DNA of 63,932 nt, the filler included, from Nitrospinota bacterium (GTDB lineage: Bacteria > JAUXIQ01), in the NCBI GenBank assembly GCA_030620925.1. It is 13 parts of 13 records of this genome, joined end to end, with 100 filler letters (N's around TTAATTAATTAA, not from the genome) between each part and the next. Parts side by side here need not be neighbours in the genome. Positions count along the whole stretch, not along the records: positions 39,556 to 47,369 come from JAUXIQ010000078.1; positions 47,470 to 55,263 come from JAUXIQ010000080.1; 11 more parts are not named here. One strand, 5' to 3'. Shown piece after piece: positions 39,825 to 49,615 of this stretch. The notes under the pieces were generated by a model. The model worked only from the letters and a program-made list of their open reading frames with translations. It was not told the origin of the DNA and searched no databases. Every line of letters begins with the position of its first letter. Within the stretch, counting starts at the first letter, position 1. Position numbers and translations under genes: made by a program.

Positions 39825-40077
39825 CGATTCGAAAGATAAAAGCCTGCCTGCCACTGCTATTCTGAGCACACCCTCGAGCGAAGCAAAGGGTAGACATCAC
39901 GCCTGCCGCGTGACGTTCCGCTGATAAACCCTGATATTAAAATAAATCTCAGTGCTATTAATGTTTTAGTGGTTAATGGGCTTTCATCCGCGTGCATTTG
40001 TGTTAATCTGTGGTTAAATTATTAATAAATTTCTTGGTAGGGAAACGAAACTCTATGTCAACTATCTGGAGGCTGTT

Positions 40078-40782
40078 ATGAGCGGGGGGAAAATTGCCGT
40101 GGTTACCGGTGCGAACAAAGGGATCGGCTTCGAGACCGCCAGACTGCTGGCCGGGGAGGGAATAAAGGTCATCCTGACGGCGCGTGACGAGGCGAGAGGG
40201 AAGAAAGCCTGCGAAAAATTGAAGAAGGAGGGCGCGGACGTTCATTTCCACCGCCTGGAGGTTACCGATCAGGTGAGCATCGATGATCTTTATGAATACG
40301 TTCGGAAAGAGTTCGGAAGACTGGACATCCTGATCAACAATGCCGGGATCAATATCGACACGGATAAGAGCGGTATGGAAATGGACCTGGACACGATGAG
40401 AAAAACCATGGAAACCAACGTGAACGCCCCACTGGCGCTATGCCAGAAATTCATCCCGTTGATGAAGGAAAACGGCTACGGGAGGATAGTAAACGTCTCC
40501 AGCCAGATGGGGCAGCTATCGGGCATGAGCGGGGGGAACATGGCCTATCGAACATCCAAAACGGCGCTCAATGTTATCACACTATTATTGGCCCTCGAGC
40601 TGAACGACAGCAATATCCTGATAAACGCGGGCTCCCCCGGATGGACCAGGACGGACATGGGCGGCCCCAACGCACCTCGAAGCACGGAGGAAGGGGCGGA
40701 TACCATAGTCTGGCTGGCTACACTCCCCGACGGTGGGCCGACGGGAGGTTTTTTCCAGGACAGGAAACCGCTTGACTGGTGA
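40078..40782 (+). CDS. SDR oxidoreductase (carbonyl reductase-like)
   Basis: TGANKGIG, NNAG, YRTSK, PGWTRTDMGG. Confidence 0.92.
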   Translation: MSGGKIAVVTGANKGIGFETARLLAGEGIKVILTARDEARGKKACEKLKKEGADVHFHRLEVTDQVSIDDLYEYVRKEFGRLDILINNAGINIDTDKSGMEMDLDTMRKTMETNVNAPLALCQKFIPLMKENGYGRIVNVSSQMGQLSGMSGGNMAYRTSKTALNVITLLLALELNDSNILINAGSPGWTRTDMGGPNAPRSTEEGADTIVWLATLPDGGPTGGFFQDRKPLDW

Positions 40783-40791
40783 AAATTATTC

Positions 40792-41544
40792 TTAGCGGTC
40801 GCCACCGTTAACGAAAATTAGCTGACCGGTGACGTAGCTGGCCTTATCGGAAACCAAGAAGGCCGCCACTTCTGCGATTTCACTTGGCTGGCCCATGCGC
40901 TTCATGGGCATCCCCTCCATAAAGACCTTAACTTCCTCCTCGCTACGCCGGGCGATGCCCTCGCGGGCCATATCGGTCTCTATGAGTCCGGGACAGATTA
41001 TGTTTATGCGGATGTTGTTCACGGCCTCTTCCTTGGCGACTATCTGGGTAAACGTATTGAGGGCCGCCTTGGAAGTGGCGTAGACGGAACTGTTGGCCGG
41101 ATACCATTTGGTTATGTTGGAGGAGATGTTGATGATGTTCCCTCCGCCGCGCTGGCGCATGTGGGGCAGCACCGCCTTCATGGTGTAAAAAGGGCCGTTC
41201 ACGTTTACATTCATTACACGCTGCCACTCTTCGATGTCCGCATCGATGAATGCTCCGCTGGCCCCTATGCCGGCGTTGTTTATAAGGATGTCTATGCCGC
41301 CCAGCTCGCTTATGACCCTGTCCACCATGGCCGTCACCTGCTGGTTATCCGAGACGTCGGTCTGATGGTGGAACGAGCGCCTCCCCATTCCTTTTATTTC
41401 CGCAACCACCTCTTCGGCGGCCTGGGACGCCGCCTGATAGTTCACCGCCACATCCGCCCCCTGCCCGGCCAGAGCCAGGCAGACAGCGCGGCCGATACCC
41501 CTCGAGCCTCCGGTAACCAGCGCAGTCTTTCCCTGAAGGTCCAT
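40792..41544 (-). CDS. SDR oxidoreductase (FabG-like)
   Basis: TGGSRGIG, NNAG, YATSK, PG.IETDM. Confidence 0.92.
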   Translation of the reverse strand: MDLQGKTALVTGGSRGIGRAVCLALAGQGADVAVNYQAASQAAEEVVAEIKGMGRRSFHHQTDVSDNQQVTAMVDRVISELGGIDILINNAGIGASGAFIDADIEEWQRVMNVNVNGPFYTMKAVLPHMRQRGGGNIINISSNITKWYPANSSVYATSKAALNTFTQIVAKEEAVNNIRINIICPGLIETDMAREGIARRSEEEVKVFMEGMPMKRMGQPSEIAEVAAFLVSDKASYVTGQLIFVNGGDR

Positions 41545-41657
41545 CCTTTCTCCTCCCCCGTTAATAAAAGTAATAAACGGCCCAGGGATTACTCCTGGGC
41601 CTGGCGAATCAAAAAAACCGGGCGGGCGATCAGCCCCCCTGGGGAAAACCTCGGGTT

Positions 41658-42671
41658 TCACCCGGTCTCAAATAGATTTTCGGCTATTTGTATGGCGTTA
41701 AGCGCCGCTCCTTTGCGTATGTTATCGGACACCACCCACAAGTTCAGGGCGTTGGAGGAAAAGAGGTCCTCCCGGATTCGCCCTACGAAGACTTCGTCTT
41801 TGCCTGCGGCCTCCACGGCCAGCGGATACTCATTCTTCGACGGGTCGTCAACCACCTGTACGCCGGGGGCGTTGAGCAGCAGCTCCCGGGCTGTGTCGGC
41901 GGTGATCTTCTCTTCGGTCTCGATGTACACCGATTCGGAATGGGCGTAGAAGACGGGTACGCGCACCGTGGTGGCGGTAACCGCCATGTCGTCGTCTTCC
42001 ATGATCTTGCGGGTCTCGTTAATCATTTTTATCTCTTCGAAGGTGAAACCGTTGTCCTCGAATCGGTCTATGTGGGGGAGACAGTTGAAAGCTATCTGAT
42101 GCGGGTAGACGCTGCATTCGATCTCCTGCATGCTCATGAGGTTCTTCACCTGCGACTCCAATTCATGGACGGCCTTCTTGCCCGTCCCCGAAACGGACTG
42201 ATAGGTGGAGACGATGACCCGCTTGATGCGGGAATAGTCGTGCAGCGGCTTGAGGGCCACTACCATCTGTATGGTGGAGCAATTGGGGTTGGCGATGATG
42301 CCCTTATGCCCGGATATGGCGTGGGCATTCACTTCCGGCACCACCAGGGGCACTTCGGGCTCCATGCGAAAGGTGCTGCTGTTGTCCACCACCACCGCCC
42401 CGCTCTTGACCGCCGCCGGGGCGAACTGCTTGCTGCGCGCTCCTCCGGCGGAGAAGAGAGCGAGCTCTATACCTTCAAAAGAGTCCTCCTTGAGAACTTC
42501 CACCTTGATGCTTTCACCTGAAAACTCGAGCTTTTTCCCCTCAGAGCGCTCCGAAGCGAGGAACCTGATGTCGGCCACCGGAAACTTGCGCTCCTGCAAG
42601 ATACTTATGAACTCTTCCCCCACGGCTCCGGTGGCACCGGCGATTGCCACGTTTAAACCCTTGCCCGACAT
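41658..42671 (-). CDS. asd: Aspartate-semialdehyde dehydrogenase
   Basis: GATGAVG, IANPNCSTIQ, RVPVF.AHSE, DNIRKGAALNA. Confidence 0.97.
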   Translation of the reverse strand: MSGKGLNVAIAGATGAVGEEFISILQERKFPVADIRFLASERSEGKKLEFSGESIKVEVLKEDSFEGIELALFSAGGARSKQFAPAAVKSGAVVVDNSSTFRMEPEVPLVVPEVNAHAISGHKGIIANPNCSTIQMVVALKPLHDYSRIKRVIVSTYQSVSGTGKKAVHELESQVKNLMSMQEIECSVYPHQIAFNCLPHIDRFEDNGFTFEEIKMINETRKIMEDDDMAVTATTVRVPVFYAHSESVYIETEEKITADTARELLLNAPGVQVVDDPSKNEYPLAVEAAGKDEVFVGRIREDLFSSNALNLWVVSDNIRKGAALNAIQIAENLFETG

Positions 42672-42733
42672 TGTACGCTTCTCCTATTGGTTTACCACGG
42701 ACGCTGATTTATTCAAGCGGTCCCTTCTATTTT

Positions 42734-43822
42734 CTATCCGGCTTTTTCCACCTCTGCGATGATCAGCCTGCCCATCTCAGAGGTGCTCACCTGTTTGCAG
42801 CCCCCCGCCTCGCGGGGCATGATGTCCGGCGTCCGGTAGCCCTTATCCAACACGCTGGAGACGGCGTTCTCAATAACTTCCGCCTCGTTGGACAGGTTAA
42901 AAGAATATCGCAGCATCATGGCTACGGAATTGATCATGGCTATAGGGTTGGCCTTGCCCTGTCCCGCTATGTCGGGCGCCGTCCCGTGGACCGGCTCGTA
43001 GAGCCCTACGTCGCCGCCCAAACTGGCGGAAGGCAGCATGCCTATGGAGCCGGTGAGCATGGCCGCTTCGTCGCTGAGTATATCTCCGAACATGTTGCCG
43101 GTCACTATGACGTCGAACTGGCGGGGATCGCGGATCAACTGCATGGCACAGTTATCCACGTATAGATGGTTCACCTCAACTTCGGGAAATTCGGCGGAAA
43201 CGCCGTTAACCACCTTGCGCCACAGCTCGGATGATTCCAATATATTAGCCTTGTCCACCGAAGTCAACTTCTTACGCCTCTTCATGGCGATCTCGAAACC
43301 GGTGCGGGCTATGCGCTCGATTTCGGGGGTAGTATAGACTAGGGTATTCACTCCCCGCTGCCCGCCTTGATATTCTTCTATGCCTTTAGGCTCGCCGAAA
43401 TATATGCCTCCGGTGAGCTCCCGCAACACCATAATGTCCACGCCTTCTACGACTTCCCTCTTGAGCGTGGACGCATCGATCAGGGAGGGGTAGAGATGAG
43501 CCGGCCGCAGGTTGGCATAGAGGCCCAGCTCACCCCGGAGCCCGATGATGGCCCTTTCGGGGCGGACGGAGTAGTCCATCTCGTCCCACTTGGGGCCGCC
43601 CACCGCGCCCAGGAGAACGGCATCGCTCTTCTTGCACAGGTCGAGCGTTTCGGGCGGGAGGGGTTCACCACTGGCGTCAATTGCCGCGCCTCCTACCAGG
43701 GCCGTCTCCGTCTCCGCGTGATGGCCGAAAACGTTGCACACGGTCTCAAGGGTCTTGCCCCCTTCCTCCATGACTTCCACACCTATGCCGTCCCCCGGAA
43801 GGACGGCTATGTTCATCTTCAT
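42734..43822 (-). CDS. leuB: 3-isopropylmalate dehydrogenase
   Basis: [39 protein letters not shown]. Confidence 0.97.
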   Translation of the reverse strand: MKMNIAVLPGDGIGVEVMEEGGKTLETVCNVFGHHAETETALVGGAAIDASGEPLPPETLDLCKKSDAVLLGAVGGPKWDEMDYSVRPERAIIGLRGELGLYANLRPAHLYPSLIDASTLKREVVEGVDIMVLRELTGGIYFGEPKGIEEYQGGQRGVNTLVYTTPEIERIARTGFEIAMKRRKKLTSVDKANILESSELWRKVVNGVSAEFPEVEVNHLYVDNCAMQLIRDPRQFDVIVTGNMFGDILSDEAAMLTGSIGMLPSASLGGDVGLYEPVHGTAPDIAGQGKANPIAMINSVAMMLRYSFNLSNEAEVIENAVSSVLDKGYRTPDIMPREAGGCKQVSTSEMGRLIIAEVEKAG

Positions 43823-43957
43823 AAAACCCTCTCCTCGATAAAACCGTGAATTGCCCCCCGGCCGATCCCGCCTATCGTGGTACGGAGGCTCAGAACGACA
43901 ATTTTTCTGGCAGTTTGAGGGAACAATTATACCAGAAACGCGTGGTGAACATTCCTA

Positions 43958-44143
43958 TTATATTTTAATTTTCCATCCCAGGCGATAGCGCTGGTGGCAC
44001 TGGGGGCAGATCAGATATATCTCCGCCTGCTCTGCCTCTCTCTTCAGGGAGGTATGGAACCCATCCGTATAGCCGCAAACCTCGCACTGGTAGAACTCAC
44101 CCTCGACTTTTATTGCTATCACCTCTTTTTCAGCACCCATTTC
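43958..44143 (-). CDS. Small Zn-ribbon protein
   Basis: CEVCGY.DGFH...ICPQC; GAGGTG RBS; exact ATG uncertain. Confidence 0.65.
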   Translation of the reverse strand, partial: EMGAEKEVIAIKVEGEFYQCEVCGYTDGFHTSLKREAEQAEIYLICPQCHQRYRLGWKIKI

Positions 44144-44261
44144 CATGATCACTCACCTCAGGGCGAACAGGATCCGGCGAAGCGCGTGATCGCCCCTATA
44201 ATCTGATAAATGTTGGAGCTTCCCGCCGAGCCAATATTAAGAAAGAAAAACCGCTGCATTC

Positions 44262-44437
44262 TGTCATTCTGAGTTCCGCGACAAGCGGGAGGAAGAATTT
44301 CGCCTACCCGGGCAAACCCTCGTTATTTGAAGCTTTTTACAAATCCCTTCACTTTTTCCCCTGCAGCGATACGCCCTGTGGAAAGAGACAAGCGGTAGCC
44401 AAAATATGCGAGATTCTTCGCTTCGCTCAGAATGACA
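44262..44437. repeat. REPIN/MITE-like element, copy 2
   Basis: Terminal inverted repeats TGTCATTCTGAG / CTCAGAATGACA; spacer homologous to 39570-39670. Confidence 0.8.
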
Positions 44438-44518
44438 GTAGCCACCGGGTGTGTTTATCTTTCATGTTGCGGCAGGCGGGTCGCCACTGCGGACTATTTT
44501 CAGCGCCCATTTTCATTA

Positions 44519-45172
44519 TCATTTGACTCTCAGCCCCGCAGCCCTTCTATCGACTTCATCGTAAATGGCCTCAGCCAGGCTATCCCCCTCCAAGCCCTCT
44601 TTGAGCTTCTGTGCAACGAAGTGGCCCAAACCATCAAAATCTATCTGTTTATCTAAACCGTAAGCATAGGCTCTGGTAGCCTTCTCTATGCTATCGGTAA
44701 ATTCATCTTCTCTCACCATCCGCGCCACAAGGCCCGACGCCGCCTCCGGCGGCACCCCGCTCCTCGCCGCAATTTGCATGTAAAGCAAAGCTTCCTTGAG
44801 CTCCTTCCTGCTTAATTTACTTTTCTCGCTCGCTTTCTTGATTTTATCTTCAGCGCTTTTTAATTTCACTTTGAAGGCTTTGATCTTTCCTTTGTCCCTG
44901 CCTTTCTGGAGTCCGGGCGGCAGCATATCGCGCCAACCCTCCTTATGGCCCTTGCTCCACCCTGGAGGCTCGCCTTCAACGAAACCCCACTTTTCCCCCT
45001 TTGTTAAAGCGGGAGGGGGCGGGGGTTGCTTACCAGGTTTCTTCTTGGGAGGTTTCTGACCCTGCACCCCGCCGGTCTCCGCCTCAGAATAGCTCTGATA
45101 TACAATGGCTGAAAAGGCGAAAACCGAGAGCACCATAATTATCGTGAACTTGATTTTGATTTCCCGGAACAT
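44519..45172 (-). CDS. Secreted or membrane-anchored hypothetical protein with PPGW/PPGLQK motifs
   Basis: N-terminal hydrophobic helix, Pro/Lys linker, PPGWSKG...LPPGLQK. Confidence 0.65.
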   Translation of the reverse strand: MFREIKIKFTIIMVLSVFAFSAIVYQSYSEAETGGVQGQKPPKKKPGKQPPPPPALTKGEKWGFVEGEPPGWSKGHKEGWRDMLPPGLQKGRDKGKIKAFKVKLKSAEDKIKKASEKSKLSRKELKEALLYMQIAARSGVPPEAASGLVARMVREDEFTDSIEKATRAYAYGLDKQIDFDGLGHFVAQKLKEGLEGDSLAEAIYDEVDRRAAGLRVK

Positions 45173-45217
45173 TGCCCCTTCCTTCCTGCTAGTGGGGTAA
45201 TGAAAGATTTTACGCTT

Positions 45218-45808
45218 TTACTTAAGAAAATTGTAAACGCAGGGGGCCTGGGGATCGTCGGGGAATTCCATGGTGTACCAGGCCTTACCTTTTCTCTCCA
45301 TGGGGATTATCTCGCCGCCGATGGCGCAATGGGCGCAGTAGTAAGGAACACCGGCTCTTCCCCAGGACCAGGGATAACCCTTTTTGGTGACCCCCCGGTC
45401 CGTTGCCAGCATTTCCTTGCGCCGCATCAGCCCTCCGCTGCCGCAGGGGTCCAGGGTGAGGACGTAGCGGTCTTCCTTCTCTTCCACGCTCTTTATGGTG
45501 GACCCCAGAGAGTTATGCGAGCCGGCCAGCCTCTCCAACTGCCCCTTCGCCCCCAGTGCATCGAACCTTTCGAATCCGAAAGAAAGCCATTCCCTCCAGA
45601 GGTTCAGCACCTCTTCCTCGCCCGTTTTATCGGCTATGAGGGCCAGGGCGTCGTTGATCCATAAGGTGCGGACGGGCGCCAGGCTGCGCTGGGCGCTCCT
45701 GTGCAGCTCGATTTGCTCGGACATCTTTTGATGATCGCCTTCTCCGGCGGCGGCCATGGCCTGATCCAGAAAAAGCGTTCCTAACCTGCTGGCTATGTCG
45801 CTGTCCAT
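45218..45808 (-). CDS. Conserved PCGSGG/YCAHC protein of unknown function
   Basis: DPCGSGG, PYYCAHC, C-terminal Cys; paralog of 61884-62561. Confidence 0.75.
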   Translation of the reverse strand: MDSDIASRLGTLFLDQAMAAAGEGDHQKMSEQIELHRSAQRSLAPVRTLWINDALALIADKTGEEEVLNLWREWLSFGFERFDALGAKGQLERLAGSHNSLGSTIKSVEEKEDRYVLTLDPCGSGGLMRRKEMLATDRGVTKKGYPWSWGRAGVPYYCAHCAIGGEIIPMERKGKAWYTMEFPDDPQAPCVYNFLK

Positions 45809-45847
45809 ACTAATTTCTCCTTGAAAAAGGGGATTCCCGATTTGCTG

Positions 45848-47164
45848 CTATTTCACGCCATCCGACATGAGCAAATCTATAATCAAAGCGGCGGACCAGG
45901 AGAAATCACCGGCCCCGTGGCCGTCGCCGGTGAAGGGGTCGTAATACTCCCTGAAGCCGCTCTCTTCGGCCAACTGGAAGAGAGACTGCTTTATCTCCTC
46001 GCACTTTTCTATCATATCATACTCGATCAGGCCCTTGATGATGAGCCAGTTCATATTTATCCAGACCGGCCCCCGCCAGTAGGTGACGGACTGAAAATCG
46101 GGCTCTTCCACGCCGCTGCTGGGAACGAAGGGATATTTACAATTACAGTCTCCGCAAAAATTGGAGTGGTTGAGCCATTCCAATAGGCGCCGGGCGTCTG
46201 TTTTCTCCAGAACTCCCGTGCTGAGCGGAATGAGAGAGGAAATGGTTCTCTTGCGTATGTGGCCCGGGCGGCGGAGATCATAGCTGTAAAACAGTCCGTC
46301 CTCGGGGTCCCACAATCTTTCGAGAAGCCCTTCCCGTAATTTTTCCAGCCAGCCCTCTATCTCTCTGGTATCCCGGTTCAACAGGCGGGCCATCTCGTAA
46401 AGGCTCCGGGTCGAGAGGTGGAGGATAGTGTTCATGCAAAGGTCTTTAATCAGGAAGGGCATTATGGGGTATGCGGCCTCATCGTCGTATCGGGCTGATT
46501 TAAGAACCTCTACAATGTGAATGTATCGATCGTAATCCTCATCCGAGGGCCGCTCCTCTTGGCTGCCCACTCGTTCCACGTCCACCCTCCGGTAGGAGGG
46601 AAGGTCGACGGGCATAACCCTGCTCAGGGGTTCGTCCCAGCAGGGGAGATTGTCCTGACCGCTCTCCCAGGGATGATAGATGGAAGCCAGGCCGCATCCT
46701 TCGGGGTCTCTCTTGGAGAATAGGTAACGATGAAGGTCCGTCAGACGGGGGAAGATTTCCTTCAGGAACGAGACCGCCCCGCTCTTATCCCGGGCGTTGC
46801 GGTAGATGTACCAGGCGGCCAGGGCGTGGACGGGCGGCTGTGTGAGGCCGGAGGTAAGGTACTCTTGCGGGGTCTGCGGGCAGAGTCCCTTGCAGTTCCA
46901 GTAGGAAGGGTCGGGGAAATAGGATCGCTCTTCAGGATTGAAAACGATGTGGGGTAGAAACCCGTTCCCCCATTGCGCCTCGAACAGGGTCAGCAGCTCT
47001 TTCTGGGCCCTTTCCTGATGGTAATGGGAGAGGCCTATGGCGATGAAGCCGGAATCCCAGCTCCACTGATGGGGGTATAGCCCGGGGGCGGGGATGGTGT
47101 GTGTCCCCCTCCAGTTGGCATCTAACACCCCTTTGGCTTGTTGCAGCAGTTCACTCGCATTCAA
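45848..47164 (-). CDS. GH63-like glycoside hydrolase (glucosylglycerate/mannosylglycerate hydrolase type)
   Basis: LYPHQWSWDS, HPWESG.DN, YWRGPVW, EYYDP..G...FSWSAA. Confidence 0.88.
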   Translation of the reverse strand: MNASELLQQAKGVLDANWRGTHTIPAPGLYPHQWSWDSGFIAIGLSHYHQERAQKELLTLFEAQWGNGFLPHIVFNPEERSYFPDPSYWNCKGLCPQTPQEYLTSGLTQPPVHALAAWYIYRNARDKSGAVSFLKEIFPRLTDLHRYLFSKRDPEGCGLASIYHPWESGQDNLPCWDEPLSRVMPVDLPSYRRVDVERVGSQEERPSDEDYDRYIHIVEVLKSARYDDEAAYPIMPFLIKDLCMNTILHLSTRSLYEMARLLNRDTREIEGWLEKLREGLLERLWDPEDGLFYSYDLRRPGHIRKRTISSLIPLSTGVLEKTDARRLLEWLNHSNFCGDCNCKYPFVPSSGVEEPDFQSVTYWRGPVWINMNWLIIKGLIEYDMIEKCEEIKQSLFQLAEESGFREYYDPFTGDGHGAGDFSWSAALIIDLLMSDGVK

Positions 47165-47260
47165 CCCGACACCCCGATAGTATCTATATTAAGCAATTCG
47201 TTTTTAGAGATAAGATATAACGAATTTAATTCATCGGGGTTGGAAACGCAACAAACTGCA

Positions 47261-47369
47261 TCATAATTCCATCTTTTCCTTTACATACTGCAGGAGCCCC
47301 CCCGCCGAAATGAGATCGCGCATGAACTCCGGAAAGGGCACGGCGTCGTACTGCTCGCCGGTAGTGAGA
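47261..47369 (-). CDS. leuD: 3-isopropylmalate dehydratase small subunit, 3' end
   Basis: LTTGEQYDAVPFPEFMRDLISAGGLLQYVKEKMEL*, the typical LeuD/HacB C-terminus. Confidence 0.75.
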
Positions 47370-47469
47370 NNNNNNNNNNNNNNNNNNNNNNNNNNNNNNN
47401 NNNNNNNNNNNNNTTAATTAATTAANNNNNNNNNNNNNNNNNNNNNNNNNNNNNNNNNNNNNNNNNNNN

Positions 47470-47667
47470 GAAGCGGACCGCAGGCACTTCGATCCGGATG
47501 CTACCCCCCACCACCATATAATCTGCTCCATCTGCCGCCGAATAGAGGATATCTCTGAAGAACTCCCTCAAATGACCGGTCTTCCCGGTTCGGTGAAGAA
47601 CAGGTACAGGCTGACAGGCTACAGCGTGGAATTCCACGGTGTGTGCAAAGACTGCGAGCGGAAATAA
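47470..47667 (+). CDS. Fur/PerR family regulator, 3' part
   Basis: Hand translation RHFD....HHHIICSIC..IED...FHGVCKDC; not in the ORF track. Confidence 0.88.
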   Translation, partial: EADRRHFDPDATPHHHIICSICRRIEDISEELPQMTGLPGSVKNRYRLTGYSVEFHGVCKDCERK

Positions 47668-47715
47668 TTTTACCTCAAGCGTAGTTGATATCCGTTATAA
47701 AGCAGGTCGATCTCC

Positions 47716-48201
47716 ATGGGCAGCAAGTTGAAATCGTTAGTGCTGGCAGGATGCTCCTTCCCATTGGTTTTCAGATACGCACAGGCCGCACATCTCACCG
47801 TCAGCGAAAAACCGGGCGAGCCTCTATCCCTCTACGTCATGGCGGGGGGCGGCCTGGCCCTCATATTTCCCGGGATTCTTTTCCTGCTGGGCGTCTTTCT
47901 GGCCAGAGGCGTCAAGAAGGGGTGGGGCTTGATTGCTTCAGGGGCGGCCCTTATTATAATCGGAGCGATAATTACCGCTGAGAGAGAAGAAGGGGGGGCG
48001 GCGATCGACCACCGCCTGTTTTCCCTGCCCCTCATACTGCTGCTGGTTTTTTTCGGCCTGGGGGTGTTCCTGCTGCTGTTCTGGGCTTACAGGACGGGCC
48101 AGTTTAAAGAAATGGAGGGAGTGAAACATAGAATGCTGGAGAGGGAACTCGGTTTCCTTTGCGATAACCGGGAGAAGGACGGAGGAGAGCCGGATGAGTG
48201 A
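47716..48201 (+). CDS. ccoS: Membrane protein with a C-terminal CcoS (cbb3 maturation) domain
   Basis: LLLFWAYRTGQFKEMEG.K.RML matches the CcoS motif; extra N-terminal TM helices. Confidence 0.7.
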   Translation: MGSKLKSLVLAGCSFPLVFRYAQAAHLTVSEKPGEPLSLYVMAGGGLALIFPGILFLLGVFLARGVKKGWGLIASGAALIIIGAIITAEREEGGAAIDHRLFSLPLILLLVFFGLGVFLLLFWAYRTGQFKEMEGVKHRMLERELGFLCDNREKDGGEPDE

Positions 48202-49552
48202 TACCCTGGTGGATACCAAACTGGTGAAGAATTTCCTCATATCGTCTTTAATATGGTTCATGGTGGCGATCGTGATCGGCCTGATCATCTCTTTAAAACT
48301 GCTCTACCCCGATTTCCTGGGACACATCTCATGGCTCTCCTACGGGAGGCTTCGGCTGGTGCACACAAACGGGATAGTCTTCGGCTGGCTGACCACCGCT
48401 TTCATCGGACTGGCCTACTACCTTACCCCCCGTCTTACCGGCGTCCCCATGTACAGCGACAGGCTGGCTAGGCTTACCCTCTGGATGTGGAACGGGATAA
48501 TAGTCATAGTCGTGGTTACCCTCCTGGCGGGCTACAACCAGGGGTTGGAATGGGCTGAAATTGCTTTCCCCGTGGATATTCTGGTGATGGCGGCGCTGAT
48601 CATAGTCACCGTCAACGTGTTCAAGACGGTGTTCCGGCGGAAGGAAAAACAGCTCTACGTGAGCCTGTGGTACCTGTGCGGGGCTCTGGTATGGACGATC
48701 ATGAATTACGCCGTGGGAAACACCATCCCCTACTATTTCGCCTCGGGCGTAAACGGCGCGGCCATCTCCGGTTTCTATATCCACAACGTGGTGGGCCTGT
48801 GGGTGACGCCGGTCGGTCTGGCCATCGCCTATTATCTATTCCCCGTCCTCACCCGTTCCCCCCTCTACAGCCATAAAATTTCCATACTCGGTTTCTGGAC
48901 GCTGGCCTTTTTGTATCCTTTCACCGGCGCCCACCATTTTATATACAGCGCCATACCCTCCTGGGTGCAGACGGTGGCCATCGTCACCAGCATGCTGCTC
49001 ATTCTTCCGGTGTGGACGGTGATGACCAACTTCCTGGGCACCATGAGAGGCAACTGGGAAAAAGCGATAGGAAACACCCCCTTGAAATTTCTCATCGCAG
49101 GCGCCCTGTTCTATCTGTTGACCTGTATACAGGGACCCGTTCAGGCGCTGGCGACGCTGCAGCCCATATTGCATTTCACCGACTGGGTAGTGGGGCATGC
49201 CCACATGGCGCTACTGGGCGTCTTCTCATTTTGGGTCATCGCCGCCATTTACGCCCTGCTCCCGGCACTCACCGGCAGACAGATATGGAGCAAAACCTTG
49301 AGCGAGGCCCATTACTGGCTCACGCTCATACCGGTGGCCGTCTTCTTGCTGACCCTCTGGGCGGTAGGCCTGATAGAAGGGACCATGTGGAGCGCCGGAG
49401 TCTCCTTCTATACCCCTCTTCAGGCGGCCAAGCCTTACTGGTTGGTTAGGACCGCCGCCGGCTCGGTGATAATAGCCGCCCAGGTTCTCTTCGTTGTTAA
49501 CGTTTTTAAAACCATTACTTCGGGCAAACCGGTGACGGCCGAAACCTCATAG
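48194..49552 (+). CDS. ccoN: cbb3-type (family C) heme-copper oxidase subunit I
   Basis: RLRLVHTN, YIHNVVG, YPFTGAHH (helix VII Tyr), TDWVVGHAH. Confidence 0.9.
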   Translation: MSDTLVDTKLVKNFLISSLIWFMVAIVIGLIISLKLLYPDFLGHISWLSYGRLRLVHTNGIVFGWLTTAFIGLAYYLTPRLTGVPMYSDRLARLTLWMWNGIIVIVVVTLLAGYNQGLEWAEIAFPVDILVMAALIIVTVNVFKTVFRRKEKQLYVSLWYLCGALVWTIMNYAVGNTIPYYFASGVNGAAISGFYIHNVVGLWVTPVGLAIAYYLFPVLTRSPLYSHKISILGFWTLAFLYPFTGAHHFIYSAIPSWVQTVAIVTSMLLILPVWTVMTNFLGTMRGNWEKAIGNTPLKFLIAGALFYLLTCIQGPVQALATLQPILHFTDWVVGHAHMALLGVFSFWVIAAIYALLPALTGRQIWSKTLSEAHYWLTLIPVAVFLLTLWAVGLIEGTMWSAGVSFYTPLQAAKPYWLVRTAAGSVIIAAQVLFVVNVFKTITSGKPVTAETS

Positions 49553-49615
49553 CGCGCGGAATAAAGGGCAATGCTTCAGCGTCATAGATATATTGATACC
49601 CTGAAGGAGTAATCG

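Noticed and set aside
39556-39930. CRISPR array or short protein-coding ORFs in the repeat cluster
   Set aside because: The repeats are heterogeneous palindromes with no regular repeat-spacer period; the ORFs are translations of REP sequence
48194-49552. Nitric oxide reductase
   Set aside because: It keeps the family-C helix-VII Tyr and has ccoO/ccoS neighbours
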